Source: Azolla caroliniana
Taxonomy: Eukaryota > Plantae > Polypodiophyta
DNA: 64,000 nucleotides
Assembly (NCBI GenBank): GCA_043228905.1
Contig: JBHGNT010000035.1
Location: 62,001-126,000, forward strand
Reading direction: 5' to 3'
The position numbers were made by a program, and so were the translations under genes. Below the pieces are notes generated by a model. The model was not told the DNA's origin. It saw only the letters and a list, made by a program, of their open reading frames with translations, and did no database searches. Of this stretch, positions 14,901-28,800 are shown one piece after another (position 1 is the first letter of the stretch; each line of letters starts with the position of its first letter).

Positions 14901-17900
14901 ATGAACATTTTAATTTACCTACTAGCTCTTCTCAACTCACTCCTCGAATTTAGTAATTTCGTCATGTCTCTGGACCTGAGTTTCAAAATCTTGATTTTTT
15001 AATTCCATATCAAAACTAGCGTTGTTAGCTTCGATTCGCATGTTTGAACACAAAAATACGATATCACACGAGCCAGGTATGAACATTTTTATTTACTCAA
15101 GGGCTCCTCTCAACTCCCTCCTCAAGTTTGCTAATTTCTTCATATCTCTCGACCTAAGTTTAAAATCTTGAGTTTTTAAATCCACATCATAGCTAGCGTT
15201 GTTAGCTTCGATTCGCATATTTGAACACAAAAATCCGATATCACACTCGCCAGGTATGAATATTTTAATTTACCTACTAGCTCTTCTCAACTCACTCCTC
15301 AAATTTGGTAATTTCGTCATGTCTCTCGACCTGAGTTTCAAAATCTTGATTTTTTAACTCCATATCACTGCTAGCATTGTTACCTTCGATTCGCATGTTT
15401 GAACACAAAAATCCGATATCACACGAGCCAGGTAGGAACATTTTAATTTACTCAAGGGGTCCTCACAACTCCCTCTTCAAGTTTGCTAATTCCGTCATGT
15501 CTCTCGATGTGAGTTTCAAAATCTTGATTTTTTAATTCCATATCATAGCTAGCGTTGTTAGATTCGATTCGCATGTTTGAACACAAAAATCCGATTTCAC
15601 ACGAGCCAGGTATGGACATTTTAGTTTACTCAAGGGCTCCTCTCAACTCCCTCCACAAGTTTGCTAATTTCTTCATATATGTCGACCTGAGTTTCAAAAT
15701 CATGAGTTTTTAAATCCACATCATAGCTAGCGTTATTAGCTTCGATTCGCATGTTTGAATACAAAAATCCGATATCACACTCGCCAGGTATGAATATTTA
15801 AATTTACCTACCTACTCTTCTCAACTCCCTCCTCGAATTTGGTAATTTCGTCATGTCTCTCGACCCTAGTTTGAAAATCTTAATTTTTTAATTCCTTATC
15901 ATAGCTAGCGTTGTTAGCTTTGATTCGCATGTTTGAACACATAAATCCGATATGACACTCGCTAGGTATGAACATTTAAATTTACCTACTAGCTCTTCTC
16001 AACTCACTCCTCAAATTTGGTAATTTCCTCATGTCTCTCGACCTGAGTTTCAAAATCTTGATTTTTTAATTCCATATCATAGGTACCGTTGTTAGCTTCG
16101 ATTCGCATGTTTGAATACAAAAATCCGATATCACACGAGCCAGGTATGGACATTTTCGTTTACTCAAGGGCTCCTCTGAACTCCCTCCTCATGTTTGCTA
16201 ATTTCGTCATGTCTCTCGACCTGAGTTTCAAAATCTTGATTTTTTAATTCCATATCATAGCTAGCGTTGTTAGCTTCGATTCGCATGTCTGAACACAAAA
16301 ATCCGATATCACACGAGCGAGGTATGAACATTTTAATTTACCTACTAGCTCTTCTCAACTCACTCCTCGAATTTAGTAATTTCGTCATGTCTCTCGACCT
16401 GAGTTTCAAAATCTTGATTTTTTAATTCCATATCAAAACTAGCGTTGTTAGCTTCGATTCGCATGTTTGAACACAAAAATCCGATATCACACGAGCCAGT
16501 TATGAACATTTTAATTTACTCAAGGGCTCCTCTCAACTCCCTCCTCAAGTTTGCTAATTTCTTCATATCTCTCGACCTAAGTTTAAAATCTTGAGTTTTT
16601 AAATCCACATCATAGCTAGCGTTGTTAGCTTCGATTCGCATATTTGAACACAAAAATCCGATATCACACTCGCCAGGTATGAATATTTTAATTTACCTAC
16701 TAGCTCTTCTCAACTCACTCCTCAAATTTGGTAATTTCGTCATGTCTCTCGACCTGAGTTTCAAAATCTTGATTTTTTAACTCCATATCATTGCTAGCGT
16801 TGTTAGATTCGATTCACATGTTTGAACACAAAAATCCGATATCACACGAGCCAGGTAGGAACATTTTAATTTACTCTAGGGGTCCTCACAACTCCCTCTT
16901 CAAGTTTGCTAATTTCGTCATGTCTCTCGATGTGAGTTTCAAAATCTTGATTTTTTAATTCCATATCATAGCTAGCGTTGTTAGATTCGATTCGCATGTT
17001 TGAACACAAAAATCCGATTTCACACGAGCCAGGTATGGACATTTTAGTTTACTCAAGGGCTCCTCTCAACTCCCTCCTCAAGTTTGTTAATTTATTCATA
17101 TCTCTCGACCTGAGTTTCAAAATTATGAGTTTTTAAATCCACATCATAGCTAGCGTTCTTAGCTTCGATTCGCATGTTTGAATACAAAAAATCCGATATC
17201 ACACTCGCCAGGTATGAATATTTAAATTTACCTACCTACTCTTCTCAACTCCCTCCTCAAATTTGGTAATTTTGTCATGTCTCTCGACCCTAGTTTGAAA
17301 ATCTTGATTTTTTAATTCCTTATCATAGCTAGCGTTGTTAGCTTTGATTCGCATGTTTGAACACATAAATCCGATATGACACTCGCTAGGTATGAACATT
17401 TAAATTTACCTACTAGCTCTTCTCAACTCACTCCTCAAATTTGGTAATTTCCTCATATCTCTCGACCTGAGTTTCAAAATCTTGATTTTTTAATTCCATA
17501 TCATAGGTACCGTTGTTAGCTTCGATTCACATGTTTGAATACAAAAATCCGATACCACACGAGCCAGGTATGGACATTTTGGTTTACTCAAGGGCTCCTC
17601 TGAACTCCCTCCTCATGTTTGCTAATTTCGTCATGTCTCTCGACCTGAGTTTCAAAATCTTGATTTTTTAATTCCATATCATAGCTAGCGTTGTTAGCTT
17701 CGATTCGCATGTCTGAACACAAAAATCCGATATCACACGAGCCAGGTATGAACATTTTAATTTACCTACTAGCTCTTCTCAACTCACTCCTCGAATTTAG
17801 TAATTTCGTCATGTCTCTCGACCTGAGTTTCAAAATCTTGATTTTTTAATTCCATATCAAAACTAGCGTTGTTAGCTTCGATTCGCATGTTTGAACACAA

Positions 17901-18900
17901 AAATCCGATATCACACGAGCCAGGTATGAACATTTTAATTTACTCAAGGGCTCCTCTCAACTCCCTCCTCAAGTTTGCTAATTTCTTCATATCTCTCGAC
18001 CTAAGTTTAAAATCTTGAGTTTTTAAATCCACATCATAGCTAGCGTTGTTAGCTTCGATTCGCATATTTGAACACAAAAATCCGATATCACACTCGCCAG
18101 GTATGAATATTTTAATTTACCTACTAGCTCTTCTCAACTCACTCCTCAAATTTGGTAATTTCGTCATGTCTCTCGACCTGAGTTTCAAAATCTTGATTTT
18201 TTAACTCCATATCATTGCTAGCGTTGTTAGATTCGATTCACATGTTTGAACACAAAAATCCGATATCACACGAGCCAGGTAGGAACATTTTAATTTACTC
18301 TAGGGGTCCTCACAACTCCCTCTTCAAGTTTGCTAATTTCGTCATGTCTCTCGATGTGAGTTTCAAAATCTTGATTTTTTAATTCCATATCATAGCTAGC
18401 GTTGTTAGATTCGATTCGCATGTTTGAACACAAAAATCCGATTTCACGGAGCCAGGTATGGACATTTTAGTTTACTCAAGGGCTCCTCTCAACTCCCTCC
18501 TCAAGTTTGTTAATTTCTTCATATCTCTCGACCTGAGTTTCAAAATCATGAGTTTTTAAATCCACATCATAGCTAGCGTTCTTAGCTTCGATTCGCATGT
18601 TTGAATACAAAAATCCGATATCACACTCGCCAGGTATGAACATTTAAATTTACCTACCTACTCTTCTCAACTCCCTCCTCAAATTTGGTAATTTCGTTAT
18701 GTCTCTCGACCTAATTTCTCAAATCTTGATTTTTTAATTCCTTATCATAGCTAGCGTTGTTATCTTCGATTCGCATGTTTGAACACATAAATCCGATATC
18801 ACACTCGCCAGGTATGAACATTTAAATTTACCTACTAGCTCTTCTCAACTCACTCCTCAAATTTGGTAATTTCCTCATGTCTCTCGACCTGAGTTTCAAA
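12000..18900 (+). repeat. 8-monomer higher-order repeat (~1423 bp), paired into 2846-bp 16-mers, block 2
   Basis: GGTACC at 13236, 14659, 16082 and 17506. The ATATGTCGAC variant occurs only in alternate units (~12831, ~15677; 2846 apart). Block edges are approximate. Confidence 0.85.
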
Positions 18901-21900
18901 ATCTTGACTTTTTAATTCAATATCATAGCTAGCGTTGTTAGATTCGATTCGCATATTTGAACACAAAAATCCGATATCACACAAGCCAGGTAGGAACATT
19001 TTAATTTACTCAAGGGCTCCTCTCAACTCCCTCCTCAAGTTTGCTATTTTCGTCATGTCTCTCGACCTGAGTTTCAAAATCTTTATTTTTTAATTCCATA
19101 TCATAGATAGCGTTGTTAGATTTGATTCACATGTTTGAACACAAAAATCCGATATCACACGAGCCAGATAGGAACATTTTAATTTACTCAAGGGCTCCTC
19201 TCAACTCCCTCCTCAAGTTTGCTAATTTCTTCATATTTCTCGACCTGAGTTTCAAAATCTTGATTTTTCAATTCCATATCATAGCTAGCGTTGTTAGCTT
19301 CGATTCGCATGTTTGAACACAAAAATCTGATATCATACGAGCCAGGTACGAACATTTTAATTTACTCAACGGCTCCTCTCAACTCCCTCCTCAAGTTTGC
19401 TAATTTCGTCATGCCTCTTGACCTGAGTTTCAAAATCTTGATTTTTTAATTCCATATCATAGCTTGCGTTGTTAGCTTCGATTCGCATGTCTGAACACAA
19501 AAATCCGATATCACACGAGACAGGTATGAGCATTTTAATTTACCTACTAGCTCTTCTCAACTCCTTCCTCGAATTTGGTAATTTCGTCATGTCTCTGGAC
19601 CTGAGTTTCAAAATCTTGATTTTTTAATTCCATATCAAAACTAGCGTTGTTAGCTTCGATTCGCATGTTTGAACACAAAAATCCGATATCACACGAGCCA
19701 GGTAGGAACATTTTAATTTACTCAAGGGCTCCTCTCAACACCCTCCTCAAGTTTGCTAATTTCTTCATATCTCTCGACCTGAGTTTCAAAATCTTGATTT
19801 TTTAATTCGATATCATAGCTAGTGTTGTTAGCTTCGATTCGCATGTTTGAACACAAAAATCCGATATCACACGAGCCAGGTATGAACAATTTAATTTACC
19901 TACTAGCTCTTCTCAACTCACTCCTCAAATTTGGTAATTTCGTCATGTCTCTCGACCTGAGTTTCAAAATCTTGATTTTTTAATTCCATATCATAGCTAG
20001 CGTTTTAAGCTTCGATTCGTATGTTTGAACACAACAATCCGATATCACACGAGCCAGGTATAAACATTTTAATTTATTCAAGGGCTCCTCTCAACTCCCT
20101 CCTCAAGTTTGCTAATTTCTTCATATCTCTCGACCTGAGTTTCAAAATCTTGATTTTTTAATTCCATATCATAGCTACCGCTGTTAGCTTCGATTCGCAT
20201 GTTTGAACACATAAATTCGATATGACACGAGCCACGTATGAACATTTTAATTTACCTACTAGCTCTTCTCAACTCACTCCTCAAATTTGGTAATTTCATC
20301 ATGTCTCTCGACCTGAGTTTCAAAATCTTGATTTTTAAATTCCATATCATAGGTAGCGTTGTTAGCTTCGATTCGCATGTTTGAACACATAAATCCAATA
20401 TCACCCGAGCCAGGTATGAACATTTTAATTTACTCAAGGGCTCCTCTCAACTCCCTCCTCCAGTTTGCTAATTTCGTCATGTCTCTCGACCTGAGTTTCA
20501 AAATCTTGATTTTTTAATTCCATATCATAGCTAGCTTTGTTAGCTTCGATTCGCATGTTTGAACACAAAAATCCGATATCACACGAGCCAGGTATGAACA
20601 TTTTAATTTACCTACTAGCTCTTCTCAACTCACTCCTCAAATTTGGTAATTTCGTCATGTCTCTCGACCTGAGTTTCAAAATCTTGATTTTTTAATTCCA
20701 TATCATAGCTAGGGTTTTTAGCTTCGATTCGCATGTTTGAACACAAAAATCCGATATCACACGAGCCAGGTATAAACATTTTAATTTATTCAAGGTCTCC
20801 TCTCAACTCCCTCCTCAAGTTTGCTAATTTCTTGATATCTCTCGACCTGAGTTTAAAAATCTTGATTTTTTAATTCCATATCATAGCTACCGCTGTTAGC
20901 TTCGATTCGCATGTTTGAACACATAAATTCGATATGACACGAGCCACGTATGAACATTTTAATTTACCTACTAGCTCTTCTCAACTCACTCCTCAAATTT
21001 GGTAATTTCGTCATGTCTCACGACCTGCGTTTCAAAATCTTGACTTTTTAATTCCATATCATAGCTAGCGTTGTTAGATTCGATTAGCATATTTGAACAC
21101 AAAAATCCGATATCACACGAGCCAGGTAGGAACATTTTAATTTACTCAAGGGCTCCTCTCAACTCCCTCCTCAAGTTTGCTATTTTCGTCATGTCTCTCG
21201 ACCTGAGTTTCAAAATCTTGATTTTTTAATTCTATATCATAGCTAGCTTTGTTAGCTTCGATTCGCATGTTTGAACACAAAAATCCGATATCACACGAGC
21301 CAGGTATGAACATTTTAATTTACCTACTAGCTCTTCTAAACTCACTCCTCAAATTTGGTAATTTCGTCATGTCTCTCGACCTGAGTTTCAAAATCTTGAT
21401 TTTTTAATTCCATATCATAGCTAGGGTTTTTAGCTTCGATTAGCATGTTTGAACACAAAAATCCGATATCACACGAGCCAGGTATAAACATTTTAATTTA
21501 TTCAAGGTCTCCTCTCAACTCCCTCCTCAAGTTTGCTAATTTCTTAATATCTCTCGACCTGAGTTTAAAAATCTTGATTTTTTAATTCCATATCATAGCT
21601 ACCGCTGTTAGCTTCGATTCGCATGTTTGAACACATAAATTCGATATAACACGAGCCACGTATGAACATTTTAATTTACCTACTAGCTCTTCTCAACTCA
21701 CTCCTCAAATTTGGTAATTTCGTCATGTCTCACGACTTGCGTTTTAAAATCTTGACTTTTTAATTCCATATCATAGCTAGCGTTGTTAGATTCGATTAGC
21801 ATATTTGAACACAAAAATCCGATATCACACGAGCCAAGTAGGAACATTTTAATTTACTCAAGGGCTCCTCTCAACTCCCTCCTCAAGTTTGCTATTTTCG

Positions 21901-24900
21901 TCATGTCTCTCGACCTGAGTTTCAAAATCTTTATTTTTTAATTCCATATCATAGCTAGCGTTATTAGAATCGATTCGTATGTTTGAACACAAAAATCCGA
22001 TATCACACGAGCCAGGGAGGAACATTTTAATTTACTCAAGGGCTCCTCTCAACTCCCTCCTCAAGTTTGTTATTTTCGTCATGTCTCTCGACCTGAGTTT
22101 CAAATTCTTGATTTTATAATTCTATATCATAGCTAGCGTTTTTAGCTTCAATTCGCATGTTTGAACACAAAAATCCGATATCACACGAGCCAGGTAGGAA
22201 CATTTTAATTTACTCAAGGGCTCCTCTCAACTACCTCCTCAAGTTTGCTATTTTCGTCATGTCTCACGACCTGCGTTTCAAAATCTTGACTTTTTAATTC
22301 CATATCATAGCTAGCGTTGTTAGATTCGAATGGCATATTTGAACACAAAAATCCGATATCACACGAGCCAGGTAGGAACATTTTAATTTAGTCAAGGGCT
22401 CCTCTCAACTCCCTCCTCAAGTTTGCTATTTTCGTCATGTCTCTCGACCTGAGTTTCAAAATCTTGATTTTTTAATTCCATATCATAGCTAGCGTAGTTA
22501 GCTTCGATTCGCATGTTTGAACACAAAAATCCGATATCACACGAGCCTGGTATGAACATTTTAATTTCCCTACTAGCTCTTCTCAACTCACTCCCCAAAT
22601 TTAGTAGTTTCTTCATGTCTCTCCACCTGAGTTTCAAAATCTTGATTTTCTAATTACATATCATAGCTAGCGTTGGTAGCTTCGATTCGCATGTTTGAAC
22701 ACAAAAATCCGATATCACACTTGCCAGGTATGAACATTTTAATTTACCTAGTAGCTCTTCTCAACTCACTCCTCAAATTTGGTAATTTCGTCATGTCTCT
22801 CGACCTGAGTTTCAAAATCTTGATTTTTTAATTCCATATCATAGCTAGCATTGTTCGATTCGATTCGCATGTTTGAACACAAAAACCCGATATCACACTC
22901 GCCAGGTATGACATTTTAATTTACCTACTCGCTCTTCTCAACTCACTCCTCAAATTTAGTAGTTTCGTCATGTCTCTCGACCTGAGTTTCAAAATCTTAA
23001 TTTTTTAATTAGATATCATAGCTAGCGTTGTTAGCTTCGATTCGCATGTTTGAATACATAAATCCGATATGACACGAGCCACGTATGAACATTTTAATTT
23101 ACCTACTAGCTCTTCTCAACTCACTCCTCAAATTTGGTAATTTCGTCATGTCTCTCGACCTGAATTTCAAAATCTTGATTTTTTAATTCCATATCATAGC
23201 TAGCGTTGTTAGCTTCGATTCGCATGTTTGAACACATAAATTCGATTTGACACGAGCCACGTATGAACATTTTAATTTACCTACTAGCTCTTCTCAACTC
23301 ACTCCTCAAATTTGGTAATTTCGTCATGTCTCTCGACCTGAATTTCAAAATCTTGATTTTTTTATTCCATATCATAGGTAGCGTTGTTAGCTTCGATTCA
23401 CATGTTTCAACACAAAAATCCGATATCACACGAGCCAGGTATGAACATTTTAATTTACTCAAGGGCTCCTCTCAACTCCCTCCTCAAGTTTGCTAATTTC
23501 GTCATGTCTCTCGACCTGAGTTTCAAAATCTTGATATTCTAACTCCATATCATAGCTAGCGTCGTTAGATTCGATTCGCATGTTTGAACACATAAATCCG
23601 ATATGAGACGAGCGAGGTATGAACATTTTAATTTACTCAAGGGCTCCTCTCAACTCCCTCCTCAAGTTTGCTAATTTCGTCATGTCTCTCGAGCTGAGTT
23701 CAAAATCTTGATTTTTTAATTTCATATCATAGCTAGCGTTGTTAGCTTCGATTCGCATGTTTGAACACATAAATCCGATATCACACTCGCCAGGTATGAA
23801 CATTTTAATTTACCTAGTAGCTCTTCTCAACTCACTCCTCAAATTTGGTAATTTCGTCATGTCTCTCGACCTGAGTTTCAAAATCTTGATTTTTTAATTC
23901 CATATCATAGCTAGCATTGTTCGATTCGATTCGCATGTTTGAACACAAAAACCCGATATCACACTCGCCAGGTATGACATTTTAATTTACCTACTCGCTC
24001 TTCTCAACTCACTCCTCAAATTTAGTAGTTTCGTCATGTCTCTCGACCTGAGTTTCAAAATCTTGATTTTTAAAGTAGATATCATAGCTAGCGTTGTTAG
24101 CTTCGATTCGCATGTTTGAACACAAAAATTCGATATGACACGAGCCACGTATGAACATTTTAATTTACCTACTAGCTCTTCTCTACTCACTCCTCAAATT
24201 TTGTAATTTCGTCATGTCTCTCGACCTGAGTTTCAAAATCTTGATTTTTTAATTCCATATCATAGCTAGCGTTTTTAGCTTCGATTCGCATGTTTGAACA
24301 CAAAAATCCGATATCACACGAGCCACGTATGAACATTTTAATTTATTCAAGGGCTCATCTCAACTCCCTCCTCAAGTTTGCTATTTTCGTCATGTCTCTC
24401 CACCTGAGTTTCAAAATCTTGATTTTTTAATTCCATATCATAGCTAGCGTTGTTAGATTCGATTCGCATGTTTGAACACAAAAATCCGATATCACACGAG
24501 CCAGGGAGGAACATTTTAATTTACTCAAGGGCTCCTCTCAACTCCCTCCTCAAGTTTGCTATTTTCATCATGTCTCTCGACCTGAGTTTCAAATTCTTGA
24601 TTTTCTAATTCTATATCATAGCTAGCGTAGTTAGCTTCGATTCGCATGTTTGAACACAACAACCCGATATCACACGAGCTAGGTATGAACATTTTAATTT
24701 ACTCAAGGGCTCCTCTCAACCCCCTCCTCAAGTTTGCTATTTTCGAGTTTCAAAATCTTGATTTTTTAATTCCATATCATAGCTAGCGTTGTTAGCTTCG
24801 ATTCACATGTTTGAACACAAAAATCCAATATCACACGAGCCAGGTATGGACATTTTAATTTACTCAAGGGCTCCTCTAAACTCCCTCCTCAAGTTTGCTA

Positions 24901-25850
24901 ATTTCTTCATATCTCTCGACCTGAGTTTCAAAATCTTGAGTTATTAAATCCACATCATAGCTACCGTTGTTAGCTTCGATTCGCATGTTTGAACACAAAA
25001 ATCCGATATCACACTCGCCAGGTATGAACATTTAAATTTAACTACTAGCTCTTCTCAACTCCCTCCTGAAATTTGCTGATTTCGTCATGTCTCTTAACCT
25101 GAGTTTCAAAATCTTGATTTTATAATTCCATATCATAGCTAGCGTTTTTAGCTTCGATTCGCATATTTGAACACAAAAATCCGATATCACACGAACCAGG
25201 TATGAACATTTTAATTTACTCAAGGGCTTCTCTCAACTCCCTCCTCAAGTTTGCTAATTTCGTCATGTCTCTCGACCTGAGTTTCAAAATCTTGATTTTT
25301 TAATTGCATATGATAGCTAGCGTAGTTAGCTTCGATTCGCATGTTTGAACACATAAATCCGATATGACACGAGCCAGGTATGAACATTTTAATTTACGTA
25401 CTAGCTCTTCTCAAATCCCTCCTCAAGTTTGCTAATTTCATAATGTCTCTCGACCTGAGTTTCAAAATCTTGATTTTTTAATTCCATATCATAGCTAGCG
25501 TTGTTAGCTTCGATTCGCATGTTTGAACACAGAAATCCGATATCACACTCGCCAGGTATGAACATTTAAATTTAACTACTAGCTCTTCTCAACTCCCTCC
25601 TCAAATTTGCTGATTTCGTCATGTCTCTTGACCTGAGTTTCAAAATCTTGATTTTATAATTCCATATCATAGCGAGCGTTTTTAGCTTCGATTCGCATAT
25701 TTGAACACAAAAATCCGATATCACACGAACCAGGTATGAACATTTTAATTTACTCAAGGGCTTCTCTCAACTCCCTCCTCAAGTTTGCTAATTTCTTCAT
25801 GTCTCTCGACCTGAGTTTCAAAATCTTGATTTTCTAATTCCATATCATCG

Positions 25851-28800
25851 CAAGCGTTGTTAGCTTCGATTCGCATGTTTGAACACAAGAATCCAATATC
25901 AAAGGAGCCAGATATGAACATTTTAATTTACCTACTTACTCTTGTCAACTCCCGCCTCAAATTTGCTAATTTCTTCATGTCTCTCGACCTGAGTTTCGAA
26001 ATCTTGATTTTTTAATTCCATGTCATAGCAAGCGGAGTTAGCTTCGATTCGCATGTTTAAACACAAAAATCCGATATCACCCGAGCTAGGTATGAACATT
26101 TTAATTTACCTACTTGCTCTATATCATAGCTAGCTTAATTAGCTTCGATTCGCATGTTTGAACACAAAACTTCGATATAACACGAGCCAAGTATGAACAT
26201 TTTAATTTACTAACGCGCTCTTGTCAACTCCCGGCTCAAATCTGCTAATTTCATTATGTCTCTCGACGTGAGTTTCAAAATCTTAATTTTCAAATTCCAT
26301 ATCATAGCAAGCGTTGTTAGTTTCGATTCGCATGGTTCACCACAGAAATACGATATCACACGACCTAGGTATGAACATTTTAATTTACCTACTTGCTCTT
26401 GTCAACTCCCGCTTCAAATTTGCTAATTTCTTCATGTCTCTCGACCTGAGTTTCAAAATCTTGATTTTTTAATTCCATATCATAGCAAGCGTAGTTAGCT
26501 TCGATTCGCACGTTTGAACACACAAATCCAATATCACAGGAGCCAGGTATGAACATTTTAATTTACCTACTTGCTCTTGTCAACTCCCGCCTCAAATTTG
26601 CTAATTTCTTCATGTCTCTCGACTTGAGTTTCAAAATCTTGACTTTTTAATTCTATATCATAGCTAGCTTTGTTAGCTTCGATTGGCATGTTTGAACACA
26701 AAAATCCGATATCGCACGAGCTAGGTACGAACATTTTAATTTACCTACTTGCTCTTGTCAACTCACGGCTCAAATTTGCTAATTTCTTCATGTCTCTCGA
26801 CCTTAGTGTCAAAATCTTAATTTTTTAATTCCATATCATAGCAAGCGTTGTTAGCTTCGATTCGCATGTTTCACCACATAATTTCGATATCACACGACCC
26901 AGGTATGAATATTTTAATTTACTAACGCGCTCTTGTCAACTCCCGCCTAAAATTTGCTAATTTCTTCATGTCTCTCGACCTGAGTTTCAAAATCTTGATT
27001 TTTTAATTCCATATCATAGCTAGCTTTGTTAGCTTCGATTCGCATGTTTGAACACAAAAATCCGATATCACACGACCCAGGTATGAACATTTTAATTTAC
27101 GAATGCGCTCTTGTCAACTCCCGCCTAATATTTGCTAATTTCTTCATGTCTCTCGACCTAAGTTTCAAAATCTTGATTTTTTAATTGCATATCATAGCAA
27201 GCGTTGTTAGCTTCGATTCGCATGTTTCACCACAGAATTCGGATATCACACGACCCGGGTATGAACATTTTAATTTACCTACTTGCTCTTGTCAACTCCC
27301 GCCTCAAATTTGCTAATTTCTTCATGTCTCTCGACCTGAGTTTCAAAATCTTGATTTTTTAATTCCATATCATAGCAAGCGGAGTTAGCTTCGATTCGCA
27401 TGTTTGAACACAGAAATCCAATATCATAGGAGCCAAATATGAACATTTTAATTTACTAACGCGTTGTTCTAAACTCCCTCCTCAAATTTGCTAATTTCTT
27501 CATGTCTCTCGACGTGACTTTCGAAATATTGATTTTTTAATTCCATATCATAGCAAGCGGAGTTAGCTTCGATTCGCATGTTTGAACACAGAAATCCAAT
27601 ATCACAGGAGCCAAATATGAACATTTTAATTTACTAACGCGTTGTTCTAAACTCCCTCCTCAAATTTGCTAATTTCTTCATGTCTCTCGACCTGAGTTTC
27701 AAAATCTTGATTTTTTAATTCCATGTCATAACAAGTGGAGTTAGCTTCGATTCGCATGTTTAAACACAAAAATCCGATATCACCCGAGCTAGGTATGAAC
27801 ATTTTAATTTGCCTACTTGCTCTTGTCAACTCCCGCCTAAAATTTGCTAATTTCTTCATGTCTCTGGACTTGAGTTTCAAAATCTTGATTTTTTAATTCT
27901 ATATCATAGCTAGCTTTGTTAGCTTCGATTCGCATGTTCGAACACAAAAATCCGATATCACACGAGCCAGGTAGGAACATTTTAATTTACTCAAGAGCTC
28001 TTGTCAACTCCCACCTAAAATTTGCTAATTTCTTCATGTCTGTCGACCTGAGTTTCAAAATCTAGATTTTTTAATTCCATATGATAGCAAGCGTTGTTGG
28101 CTTCCATTCGCATGTTTGAACACAGGAATCCAATATCACAGGAGCCAGATATGAACATTTTAATTTACCTACTTACTCTTGTCAACTCCCGCCTCAAATT
28201 TGCTAATCTCTTCATGTCTCTCGACCCGAGTTTCAAAATCTTGATTTTTTAATTCTATATCATAGCTAGCTTTGTTAGCTTCGATTCGCATGTTTGAACA
28301 CAAAAATCCGATATCACACGACCCAGGTATGAACATTTTAATTTACGAATGCGCTCTTGTCAACTCCCGCCTAAAATTTGCTAATTTCTTCATGTCTCTC
28401 GACCTAAGTTTCAAAATCTTGATTTTTTAATTGCATATCATAGCAAGCGTTGTTAGCTTCGATTCGCATGTTTCACCACAGAATTCGGATATCACACGAC
28501 CCGGGTATGAACATTTTAATTTACCTACTTGCTCTTGTCAACTCCCGCCTCAAATTTGCTAATTTCTTCATGTCTCTCGACCTGAGTTTCAAAATCTTGA
28601 TTTTTTAATTCCATATCATAGCAAGCGGAGTTAGCTTCGATTCGCATGTTTGAACACAGAAATCCAATATCATAGGAGCCAAATATGAACATTTTAATTT
28701 ACTAACGCGTTGTTCTAAACTCCCTCCTCAAATTTGCTAATTTCTTCATGTCTCTCGACGTGAGTTTCGAAATATTGATTTTTTAATTCCATATCATAGC

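Larger units (their letters stand above)
1..25850 (+). repeat. 178-bp tandem satellite array, subfamily A (probable centromeric satellite)
   Basis: GTTGTTAGCTTCGATTCGCA recurs at 3, 181 and onward (178-bp period). Two diagnostic monomer types largely alternate: ...TTACTCAAGGGCTCCTCTCAACTCCCTCC... and ...TTACCTACTAGCTCTTCTCAACTCACTCC.... The centromeric role is inferred from monomer size and array organisation. The right boundary is approximate. Confidence 0.95.
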
